The translations under genes and the position numbers were made by a program. A DNA stretch of 64,000 bases from Geosiphon pyriformis uo1. Taxonomy: Eukaryota; Fungi; Glomeromycota. Location of the stretch: NCBI GenBank assembly GCA_016748015.1, contig JAAOMT010000034.1, positions 434,001 to 498,000 on the forward strand. Reading direction: 5' to 3'. Below are positions 39,501-52,200 of this stretch, piece after piece. Each line of letters begins with the position of its first letter. The stretch's first letter is position 1. The notes beneath the pieces are model-generated. The model searched no databases and had not been told where the DNA came from. It saw nothing but the letters and a program-made list of their open reading frames with translations.

Positions 39501-42223
39501 TAAGATGAGACAAAAATTAGCATGGTTTTCTGATTTGGCAAAAAGATTAGTCTCATTTGTCAGTGCATGTCCAGTTGAAACGTTCTTGAAAATGGGACAG
39601 GTATATCATGATCTTATCGGGACAGAACGAAGGTCAGGATCTCGATTTCTCTAAATTTTTCTTAAAATTGAAAATGCTAACACTTCGATTTTTGGCAGAT
39701 TGAATCTTATTGTCGAATTATTACGAAAAGAGGAGCTGAAGGAGGCAAGTTGGTTGTTAGATTTACAAAGGTAGTGTATCATAAATATTCCTTTTTTCAT
39801 TGCTGGCCAGTTGATCTCAAATACTAATATCTGTCATAGATCAATTGCTCAACTGGAACATTTGGCCGAAATCTATCTAACGGCTACAGATATAGACGAT
39901 GCCGAAAAATATTATGCCTTTGTCAGGGCAATATATCTTAATGGGGATACTATATGTGTTACTCTCGGCCATATAAAACAAGCCGTTGCAATCGCATGTA
40001 AAGATGAAGGTAAATGGAAATGCCTGAATATAACTCCATTTTTTAATCTTCTGACTTCTTGTATTTATACCGTACGGATAGAAATAAAAATATCTGGCGC
40101 TGATCAATTTAATGTTGAATTCTTTCAACCGTTACAAAGCTTGGTTTCCCAATCTAAAAGCACCAAATCGATGGCGAGGTAATTTGTATTCCATTTTCCT
40201 TTAATAAAACGGTTCATTTAATAGTTGAATTTGATGAATTCAATTTTTACTGTGATAGGAAGCTACTGCGGCGATTAGATGAATTGTGCGAGCAATCCCT
40301 CGCTTTAAAAGCAGATTTCCTCCATCAATTCCACAGTTGTTTTACTATAAGTTCAATACTAGTTGACTTTTGTCTTAAGGTAATAATTCCATTTTGGAAT
40401 CAAAAGCTTTCAAAATTATAGCATTACTTATCTAAATTAAGTTTATATAGACCTGGAAAGCAATCTCTGCCTATATTAACGACAAAAAAGATACGAAAGA
40501 AGAATTGTTACTGAGTGGCTTACAGCAACTTATATACCGTGTAACAGAACAGATTCTCAATATCAATGAAGTGAATATGTGGGAAGGCTGTACAAAGTCT
40601 CTTCAGGGATTATGCCAAGAAATCGGAACCTTAGATAATATCACCAACGATAGTGAACGTTCTGAAACAGGCAAGCGCTATAATCATAGTTAATTAAAAT
40701 TCATCCAATAGGCCAATATTTAATATAAAATTCTTTCTTATATTTACTACAGCTAAGAAAGGTGAATCACCCTGGGTTATTCGATCTAAAAATATTAAGG
40801 CGGAAGTCGTTGTAAACCAAGAAACAGAACGCAAATTACAGCAATCAGCTGAAGAGATTCGTGAACTCATGAAAGAGCTCAAAATGAAGGTACAGTTTTT
40901 TCACGATTTCATTCTTCCATTAATCAATATGAGTAATTGACCCTCAGTTTCTTATTCTTATAGGACCAAGCTCTACAAGAAGGCCAAGTTAAAATAGAAT
41001 TGCTTGAAAAACGCATTGAACACGCTAAGGGACAGGTATATATATATATATTTGATGCAAATTAACTTTTTCAACCATATTAATTTTTACCCCAAAAGGC
41101 CGATACCATCTTGGCGCTTCAAGAACAGCTGGCCAGCTCGCGAAAGCAACAGAATGATTACGAAGAAGCAATGGAAAGTCTTCAAACTGAGCTTGAAACT
41201 TTAGAACAAGATAATAAGCAATTCAAGAAGTTAGCAGAGAATTTAGAAGATCAAAGTTCGTATGGTCCTATGCTTTAATTGATATATCATGAGGCAGAAA
41301 CTATAAACAAACTTAATTGGCTTTATATCATGATTTAGGAATATCACCGCACTCTTCTAAGCGAAACACTTTGGCTAAAGATGAAGCCGAAGATTACGAC
41401 AATATAATCCCAATACCCGACAATAATTCTATCGAGAATCAGAGGCTCAATGGCCAGGTATATTTTTTCAATGATTACAAATCGAAGTTTGCCAATGATA
41501 TTAAACTATTTTGATTTTGCTTTTAAAAAGATTGAAGCACTAAAATTCGCTGTGCGGTTTTTACGAGCCGAAAATTCACATTTAAAAGGAAGGGATGCAT
41601 TGAATGTTTTAAATTTACATTTGCAACCCCAAAAGATCAAGGCCCTTAACGATAATGAAATGCTGAAATCCGTGGCATTGGAAGCGAAATCCCTGCTTAA
41701 GGTTAAACATTGAAAATGCCCTTATATGTGGAATTTCTATCACTATATTTATGCTTGACGCCATGTTTTTTCAGGACTTCCGTGCAGTGAGCGCATCGCC
41801 ACGAATTGTAGATCTGACCAAAACAACAACTAATCATAAAGGATGGCAGCCAAAGAGCAAAATGCCCAATTATCATTACCAAGCTCAACAATCAGTTATG
41901 TACACCTTGCAACTGAGGAGCAATGAACTAAAAACAAAATTAACTCAGATAGATAAGAACAATAAGCTGAAGGACCTCAAGGTTTGTATATTGAATAATC
42001 CTAAATAGAAGGTCAGGAAAATATGACGAAATTTTTTGTATTCCATTTATTACAGTTGCATAGTGCAGCGGGAAAACCTCCATTTATCGGTCGGATTCAA
42101 GTTCCACTGCCAGATAACTCCCATCATTCAGACAGACCAAACGTCAAGACTTCTTTTCGCCATAGCATTAAGCTGAAAACTGCATCCGACTTCGAAAAGA
42201 TTCATACTATATTTGTCAACTGA
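36572..42223 (+). CDS. DCTN1: dynactin p150Glued subunit (CAP-Gly + coiled coils), multi-exon
   Basis: N-terminal CAP-Gly with GKWIGVELD...GKNDG...YF..GVFV. Conserved LDKEMAE, QLERQNERLKEALVRLRD, LTEKNL, LKELNDELEE and IDLELRKL. Many short introns. Confidence 0.95.
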
Positions 42224-42742
42224 TTTTAATTCAATTACTGGCAGAAAATTTCATAAATTATTGTTATTAGATCTGTAATTACTATATATCCCATTAAAAT
42301 TAGAACTCCATTTTTGGATTTTTCATACATTCTCTTCATTTAATTACTGCATCATCAAACACATCCATAACGATAAATATGGGGCTTTCATTTCGTGACA
42401 GATCATTCTACAATTTATTAATATTAGAAGCCTGACTTGCTAGGAAATAGAATTTTAGCAAAGACAGTGGTTGATGTGATATCAGTGACGGCATACAAAA
42501 AAGTGGTAATGCTCATATATACATACAGTGGTTGAGAAATTTTAGTACAATCAAAATTATATATCTAAATATTTTGGGATGTCTTCAATAATTGGGTGTG
42601 CTCGAAAATGAGATTACACAAATTGTTCTCGATATATTTGAGACAAAAAACCCAAGCGTTCCAGTGCAAATAAATAATTTGACTAGAAAGCAATGATTAA
42701 AGCGCTCAAGAGGCAAAAAAAAAGGAAGCTAAATCTCATTTC

Positions 42743-45700
42743 TTACTCGATTGACGCCACAAGCTCTTTGGTGAACTTTGCTATTTGAAAAGAGGCGCTT
42801 GCCAAACGCTGTTTGAAAATTTTATTTGTTCCGAATTCCTCATAGTTGGCAGTGATGGTTTCGCGCATTTCATCCAACAAATCTACGCTATTCTCGAGGT
42901 CCTTGAGAACTATTTCGCCTTTAGCTCGATAAGGTGCACCAGATGAAGACGTGAAGGCATTACGGCAAACAGCGATAACATTTGATACAATTGTTGTGAT
43001 ATTATTGACGCTGTCATTAATTTCTCTGCTACTCGAATCGTTACGAATAAATGAGAGTAAACTTTGAATGGCCGAAACTATCGTTTCGGTTTGTACTTCA
43101 AGAAATTTCTATCGAGTTTTAAAGGAATCGATCAATTTTTTATTTAATATATCCAATAATTTGTTGTTAGCAGATATAAAGAAAATCTAGACAATTACCT
43201 TCACTTCATCAATATCAACTACCTCAGCGCCATTTTCCGTTGAAGGATCAACTTGACTAGAATTAAGATTACCCTTGCTGTTTTGAGATCGCAATGAACC
43301 GGAGGTTGGAGATGGAAGTGTTGGGCTTCGACTTCTTGGTGACAAATCATTCTGCTTATCCTCAGAGTGATTAATTAATTTTTGGAATTCTTCGTTATCT
43401 GGATCTTCATTTTCTTCTGTTGGTCTCAGTTTGATAAGCTTGACTAAATCCACCAAGGTAGCTGTTAAATGACTGGCAGCTGCATCTAATAAACTAACTG
43501 GAGATATTCCGTAGCCTCTTGCGTGATTCTTTGCTGCAGTCATGAGGTTGCTAAGAGTTGTTGAAAGATTTGATTTCAAAGAATAAAGTTTTTCTACATC
43601 TTCATCCTTTAATGAAGAAATTTTACGCTGCTCGTACTTCTCAACATCTTCTGTGATCCTCTTGCAAGCTATTACAATTGATTTCATTGCCTTTATGACG
43701 TCGTTGGGGATGTCGGATCTAAGAGATTTCACGTAATAAGGCTTGGTAATTCATTTAAGGTTTCAAGACATTCGCAAATGAAAACTTAATTCGTACCGTC
43801 CTGCTCGCAATAAGTCATTTATAGCTGTTTGAAAAGAAATTATTATGCTTTCCTCTATTGCTCCATCGGGTGTTGGAACCAGCAGGTTACCTTTGATAAT
43901 TTCAGTTTTCTGAGGTTCTTTGACAAATGAAGATGTTGCTAATTTAAATTGAAAAAAAGATTAAGTATTTTGTTGGAACGAATTTTCAATTTTCTAAATA
44001 CCTTTGAAATTCCTTAACTCGATCCTCTTTCTTTCAAATTTCGTTTTCCATTCATTAACCTCTGCTTTTAATCCCTTAATTTGTGAAGCATCTTGTTCTT
44101 TTTCCAGAGACAGCTCATCATTACGTTTAGATAATGACTTAATTTCCTCCAATAGAGTAGTAGCTTCCTTCCTGACCTCATTAGCAACCTTTTGGGTTTA
44201 AGCATCGCATAAGAAAACTGCTAGTAAGGATATCATAATAGAGTTTTCTTTTAATCCGAACCTCTTCTTGTTGGCTATGATCATCGTTTAGTTTTGCAAA
44301 TTCATTTTCTAATTTTGCCAATTTAGCAGACTGTTGTTGATTAATTTCTTTTTGTTTCTCTAATTGTCGTTCAAGATCTTGAATTTTTCCACTATCATTG
44401 TAACTATTTGATTTTGCCTATGAAAATTTCAATATATTAAATTTCATTTTCCTCTAGCTTGATTCAGAAATTATGAAATAAGTTACCAAAAGTTCTGCTT
44501 CCAGCTCTTGAATACGCTTTTGCATAGAATTAAAACGGAATTCCTTTTCAGATTTGACTTTGTCAAAGTCTGGATTTAACTAAAATGGCGATCTAATTCA
44601 GTGATGATCGTCCATTATTATAATAATGATGCCAATTTGGCAAGGAAATGAGTGTTGACCATTGTTTAATAAAATTCATTCTTACCTTATCCTGTCCCAA
44701 ACCATCTGCGATATTGAAATTGTCTGGAGGCTATCAAAAACCATGGAGTTATAAAGTGTAGCGTGTGAGTAGAAGATTCAGTACAGCTAACTGGATTAAA
44801 CTTGTAGATGATTTTTAAGGAACATATATTTGATGATATTTCTCATAGAGAATTGATAATAAATTTATGCAGGCGAAGGAAAGCACGAAATTGAATTCCA
44901 TCTACCCTAGTCTAATCCTATTGAGCATCATTAGCAAATTGAATGTAGAAAATCACATACTTCTTTTCGGTTGATATCAGTAGATGAAAAAGAAGAGGTC
45001 GTTTGTGAAGACATATTAGCCGCATATCCATCTGCACTAGGAATCTTATTGTGATCGAACATATTACCAATGTCAGCCATCAAACTATCAAGAGAAGCAA
45101 TATTGAGCCCCTCGTTTTTGTTGCTCTTTTGGCTGCTAACAGTGTCCCTACTTCGATCTTTATTTGAACCTTCGCTACTTATGCTCTGTATATAGCGGCG
45201 ACCAAAATCAGAAACAGAAGAGCCTTGAGATTGCGTACGGCTGCGTGGTGATCGAGGGGAAGTATGCTCAGCGGGGACAGCATGTGGCGGTTGTGGATGA
45301 TTATTAGCTACAGTTTTATTGTTGTTGAGATTGTTGCCTGGATTTAAAGCAGAAATGTTGGAATTATCTGGACGACTAGTTGGCTTTTGAATGGTATAAT
45401 CCATGATTTCCTCTCTCAAAGTTCCCTTCTCAGGAACGATAGTGTTAGATTTGGGAGCTTGGGATGTAACACCCTCTACTAATTTAGAAGGCGGTGGGCC
45501 CGAATCATTTGGCTCTATTGAGGCAAACTAAATTTCACAAGAAATAATTTTTTCGAGTTAAGTTATATCATTATTTAAAAATGAGTTTTGAATGAATTTA
45601 CCTCTGATTCTTTAAAATCTGGGAATCTTCTATCTAACTCGTAATAGACATCACTGGCTAAATCCTTGAATCGATTTTTAGGAAGAGTAGCAAGTTTCTG

Positions 45701-46207
45701 GCGAGCTTGATTCCTTTTGGGATGAAACTCATCTCGTACCGGAAGAAAAGGCACTGATTTGAGAAAGAAACTGAATAAACTCTCTGATATAGGTATTCTG
45801 AATCGTAAAATTTTTTATTTCTGATACAATTTAAATTTAAATTTACGGAAAATCTACTTAGTTCCAATTTCACCAAAGTAAAAATTTACCATCAGCGTTA
45901 TCCTTGATCCTCCTGGTTAGTTCATCATACACATCAGTGGAGAGTTCTTGAAATTGTGCTTTTGTCAGTCTTGTCAATTTTTCCCTTGCATTGGTTCTTG
46001 AGCCCGCGCCACCAATTGGCTCTAAAGATTGATGATATTAGGGTGAGACCAACTTATGTAATACTCTTTAAACCTCTACTATTACCTTTAATTATCCATA
46101 AATTGAGTTTAAATAATCAAACTCGATAAGAATTCTAACATACCTCTGGCAATATGTGTGTCAAGAAACTTTTTTAACGCCTCGTAGTGTGTACGAGCAA
46201 CTTCCAT
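42743..46207 (-). CDS. SPA2: Spa2/GIT-like polarity scaffold (two SHD repeats, coiled coil, GIT-type C-terminal domain), multi-exon
   Basis: AREKLTRLTKAQFQELSTDVYDELTRR and RNQARQKLATLPKNRFKDLASDVYYELDRR. GISPVSLLDAAASHL. Ends KQRLASASFQIAKFTKELVASIE*. Confidence 0.9.
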
Positions 46208-47007
46208 TTTGACAACTGTTCTTTAGCAGTTTTGACAACTGAACGATTAACAGTTAAGGTATTAAGTGAAGATTTCTAAGGTAACTTGGAAATATCAAGA
46301 GTTTTGGAAGACTCAATAATGTAGAGATTGAAAATATTTATAATATAAAGATATTCAACACTTGGCAATCTTTAGCTCAAAATGGTCGGTCCTTCGAAGC
46401 ACACATTTAGAATAAAATAAATTAGATAGATAATTTAAACATTAGAAAGTCCACATAATCACAGTAGTAACCATAGGTAATCTTTCACAGACATGTGATG
46501 CACAAACATGAAACATTTGAATCAATTATTTCCGAATCTTATAGAATGGTACTCTTGTTGTTGAAAACTTCAAGAACAGTATTTATGTAATAGGTCTATA
46601 AAACGAGATTCATTAACGGAGAGTTTTTTTTTGCAAAAAACTTTTTTTTTTTAAATAATAAAATAATAAAATAATAAACTTTTAATTTTATTAAATTTAG
46701 TACAATATTTTTAATTATTAATAAAGTGTGTAATTTTATAAAAAAAAATTTTTGAAATCAAAACCAATAATAAATAATTTTAATATTATTTAATCAATTA
46801 CAATTTATAAAAAAATCAATATATTATAATGATTATAAAAATAATAAAATATGAATAATTATATGTTAAATAATTAAATATTAAATTAATAATAATTAAA
46901 ATTATGATATTAAAAAAATGAGGTTTTTAATTTTTATTTTTAATTAGTATTATTGATTTATTAAATACTTAAAAATATTTTAAAAATATTTTGAGCTTTA
47001 AATTTTA

Positions 47008-47010
<3 letters not shown>

Positions 47011-47048
<38 letters not shown>
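47011..47048. repeat. (AAT)n microsatellite
   Basis: About 12 perfect units, read directly. Confidence 0.9.
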
Positions 47049-47049
<1 letters not shown>

Positions 47050-49236
47050 TAAAAAAATCTATGATAAATTTATTATAATAATAAATGTTTTTAAAAAAAA
47101 CAAAAATTTACTAATAACCAAAAATAATTATTAGAGAAATTACAATTAAAAATAATTAGTGTTGAATATAAAAATTTGATAATTCTAATTTAACAAATCA
47201 ATATAATTTTTAAATCGATTTATATTTATATTTATATTTATATTACAAAGAAATTTATCTTTTTCCACTGTTATCGTAAAAAATCTGCCATGTCACAGTC
47301 TTATTACTCAATTTTTAATTATGACTTTCATTTAATTGATGATTCTCTGTTTGTTATGTTGATCATAATTAAATTAATTCCCCTTACAACGCAAACTGCG
47401 TACCCTATGACCGATCGTTATTTTTGAAGTAACACCCCTTGGAAAAGAGTGGAGCTTATGAATATTACCATCAAAGTGACGTTAATGACTTGAGTACCAA
47501 TTACAAATTTTTATTCTTTTAATCTAGCACATAAAATATAGGGTTTCTACCTAGTTGGGATGTTGCGTGCGCTCCCCTCTGTTGGTTTGTTTGCGGATCA
47601 TCATGGCGTGTGGATCCTCAAGCGGTGACATTTAACTATAAATGCCACCTTTGTTGTCATATATATGACTCACTCAACCATGGAAAAATACTGCGTACAG
47701 GTCTGCTGTGCTAGAGCCTATAATTAATAATATAATGAGGTTTTCTCGACTCATTAAAAAAATCTTTGATGTAATATTAAACAAACAGTTTCTAAAGAAG
47801 TGGGTCCAAATATTTTAATTTACTTATTTGTAGTGTGAATGCTGGATAGAAATTAAACAAAAATGCAAATTATTTTGGCCAATGAAACAGTCGGGGAAAT
47901 GGGATAGGATCAAATTGATGAAAATATTTGCTTAATAATGGTCAAATTCCCAGATTTTAGATAGGTTTAAGCAGAAACTGTACTATCAAATATTTTTCAT
48001 TCTTGCCTGAAATACTCAAAGTCTTATAATTTCTTTATCAATCATAATCACAGGACTTCAAAAGCTATTCTTCACTGGAACTTCCCGACATATGACATAT
48101 TGAAAAATGATACCCCATTTGTTCCTAGTAAAGATAACTATTTAGAACCTGAATTATTTTAGATTATATCAGATATACGTGACTTAAATCACCACGCATC
48201 ATTTTAGTGTTGGCTATTTTTGCATATACAGATTTTTTAAGCTTAATTGTTATGCATTCTGTATTCTGTATTCTGTATTCTGTATTCATAGCTTGATAAA
48301 ATAAAGGTTCAGAAATTTCCAAGACATCCGCATTAGAAGCCTCATAAAAAATATTTCTGCAGCAAGTGGTGAATTGCTTACAAAGCCAATTTTACGTTCC
48401 TTTTATCTTTTTTGTTGAATTTTAGGATAATTTTTTTTTAAATTTTGTTAAAAATAGCACGAATAATATTTTTTCAGAATATAAATAGTATATCGATAAG
48501 GATTTATAATAGCTCATCTTTTTTTCTTTTATTTCACGCAGAAATTGTTACAATCTATAAGACTATTATTAAGGGAAAGAGCAGAAAAAGAATTTTTTTT
48601 TTTTTTTTTTGCAGTTGGGCAAAATGAATCTTAATGTTTAATCAAAAAAGACTTTTAAATCACAAGTCAATAATTCATTTTAAAAAATAATCTTATTAAA
48701 AAATTATATAAACATTTTAATTTTAGTATTTTTTACACTAATTTAAATAATATATATATATAAATCTTATTATTAATAAAAATAAGTTATAATTATAATT
48801 TTTCAATTTAAACTTTAAACCGAAATAATAATTATTAAAAAATATATATAAATAATTATAGATTAATAATTAGAAATATAAAATGAAAATTTTTTATTAA
48901 TTAACTTTTTGTTAAAAAAATAGGTAAATTAAATATTCATTACTTAATAAATAATATAATACCCAAAATCATTCAATTCCTGTGGCGTCTTTTTTATTAT
49001 GAATCACAGCGAGCCTTGAATATCTTATCAGCTGATATGTTTAGGCTTTGACCTACTGTTATTTCAATCAGTCAATCTTTTAATTTGTCGCGCGAGTCCA
49101 TGGTCTTCACTAAACTTTTTGCTTCCGGTTTTTGCTATTTTCATATTTATTTAGACTTTTTACTCTCAATTTCTTTTCTATCTATTTTTTACTTGGTCCA
49201 CCTTAAATTCTCGTTTTAAAAGTTCCCTCTAAAATT

Positions 49237-52200
49237 ATGTATAACCCCTGGTTTTTTAGTGGTTGGAATCTGAATATTAATATCCCGGCTACCATTCAAA
49301 AACGATTATTAAAGTTTCTCCTCAAAAAGGCCATTGGTCAATTCTTAGCTGATGAGTTAGATCTTGAAAATCTCGAGGTGGAGTTTGGTAAAGGCTTAGT
49401 ACACTTGAGGGAGCTGCAGCTGAATGTTAAGGTACTTTTTTGTTGATCCTTTTGAAACACCTCCTGATGCTGTGAAAGACAAATGAGACTCACCATCAAA
49501 AGCTGAAAAAAAATTGTCTTTGACTCATCTCCCTATGATCACAATTTTTCATTTATGATCCTATTACCAAGCTGAACGTATACTGATCATGGAAGATTAT
49601 GGTCATTTTTCTTCTAGGTTCTTAACGAACTTCTCACTGATTTGCCTATTGTAATAAAAAATGGACGAATAGGGGGGATCATAGCTACCGTTCCTTGGAA
49701 AAATATTTGGAGTTGTGACTGTCAGTTGGAAATTTATGGATTGCAACTCACAGTCTTCCCAGAACAGCTGAAACCCAGGAATGGTAAATTAATAATTTAA
49801 ATCAAGAAAAAAACCCAATATTAAAATAGTGTGGTGTGTAGCACAATTTTTATTTATTTCTATAAAGGCAAGACTATTACTCAATATCTCTCTCTCTCTC
49901 TCTCTCTCTCTCTAAAAATGTCTGCAGCCAAAACTCAACCCGAAGATTCACACATATTATCATCATCGATACATTTTGCTGGAGACTTTCTTGCTCATGA
50001 AATTCAACCCGAAGAGGACGAAGAGCTCCGTAACTCGATTTACCAATCCTTTCACAGCAGTGCAAGTTATATGCCTGATAATCCACAAGAGACTAGCAAT
50101 ATCTCGTTGGATCACTCCGAATCCTTGCCTTCCCAACATCAATCTATATCCCAAGGTTCAGAAACCGGCATTGAAGGAGTGGAAGTGCTGGCCAGATTGA
50201 TTGATAAGATCATGTCGAATGTAAAAGTAGTCTTCAGGGACACCTTAATTCGAATGTACCATAAATCCAGCGGATCACCTGATATAAATGGTTTGATGAA
50301 TGATGGTGCAATTCCTAAAGATTATTATTTTGATCTTGAAATTCCCTTGATTTCCTATCGAGACGAAACTTCAGGGCTAGTGGGTAACTCCACCTCTACT
50401 AAAGAGACATTTGGTGATTCCAGTATTACTTTACCTGCCGCCCAAACGGAGATCATTAAATCTATGACTATTTCAGGATTAAAATTGTGGATTCGGGAAC
50501 AGAAACCAACAATCCCCGTAAAATCGAATGTTAGTAACCTTAAAACTAGTTCTATTGCTTTGAATTCCAACAATAATCCTCGTCGATCACGCCGTCAAGT
50601 ACCAGTTCCTGGAGACGAATTTAGTGAAATCCCTGAAATCCCGGGTACACCAGATAGTGGAGATGAATTTTATGACGCGCAGCAGTCTGGTGAGTCGAGA
50701 CCAACGTCTGAAGCCGGTGATCTCCCAACAGAGAATCAAGAATCAAACCAAACACCCTTGTATGAAGCTATGATCTTGACATGTGGAGAACACGATAACA
50801 TAGGTCGAGTTACAATAAAACCAAAAGCTAATCCAGCGCTACATTTCGATCTCAACAATGCTTCTTCATCTTACATGTATACTCAAGAGGCCATTCAGCA
50901 GGCTAATACCACCCAAACATGGAATTTCGATTGTAACATTAAATCAGCTGTTGCCTTACTAACTCCATGGCAAGCTAGTTTATTTACAGAATTAATCACT
51001 TCTCTGAGTCAAATTAAAGTTGGACGGGAAAGTAGGTCAACGAGTCACACGGAAAGCGATGATGATTTCATTCAAGATGGCTCCAGGGTGCATGTTGGGC
51101 CAATAATAAATGACAATCAAACCAAAAAAAGAGACCAAAGAAATTCAAATCAACCAACCGACGTTGGATACCAAGCTACCTCTAAAACCCACCAACTAGA
51201 TGATGATTATAGCTATACAGACGATTTCGTTTATCACTCACAAAATATTCCTCAAAATAATAATAGCTCACGATCTCGATTTAATACTTTGGATGGATCT
51301 AGACTTCAAGGCAAACAATACAATAATAGCTCTGCGAATACCCATTTTAGTAACAATGCTGGATTTTTTGATTTATCTATTAATGATCGCGAACCTTTGC
51401 GTTCAGAATATTTAGCAAAAGAAAAGTTATATCCCTTGAGAAATCCTACTTATCATCCAAATCGCGCTTCTAATGTTCCTAATTTATCATCCTCTACCGT
51501 TTCACCTCCTTTATCCAATTCTCTACCTTCAATTATACCATCATCATCATCATCTCTGCCTGTGATAGACGTTAATTTGAACTTTTCACTGATTGAACTT
51601 TTCTTCTTGTATGAAAATCCTGAAGGGTTTATTCCAGATCAAACCTTTTTTGAAACAAGATCTCAAATTCTCAATAAGGACCATCTAAAAATAGAAATTC
51701 AAGGTATAAAGTGTCGCCTTCAAACTTGGGAATTAGAATCAATCTCTGTGGGACGACGACGAAGTCTTGCTGGTTCGAGTGGTGGGGCGATGCCTCATGG
51801 ACATAAAAGAAATCTTAATTCAGAGGAGGCATCCCAATTCATATTTGACATTATCATTAACGATCTCGATGTCTTTGAATGGTTGCAGGGGTTCGAAATT
51901 ATTTCTGGCCATTTATCAGATCTTCCACAATTCAAAAAATATAATCAAATTCTTAGTTTTGACGAGGGAATTCTAAAATCCTATGATCCGGAAGAAACTG
52001 ATTTTCCAACTTTCTCGCCAGAAAATATCGATCAAAGCCCTAAAAGTAATGCGCGTATGAAATCCAAATCAAATACCAACAAGGCACCATCATCTATTGA
52101 TAGGACTAACTCCAATGAAGCAATAAATATTCAAATAAAATGTGGCGCACAAGGCGGTGAAGGTAAAGTTAAGATAGTTTTCTACTTTAATCCCCTATCA

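Noticed and set aside
49831-49927. N-terminus of the 799-aa ORF (MVCST...SLSLSL)
   Set aside because: ATG2 intron 2 read-through including the (CT)n tract; the real exon starts after tgcag at ~49927.
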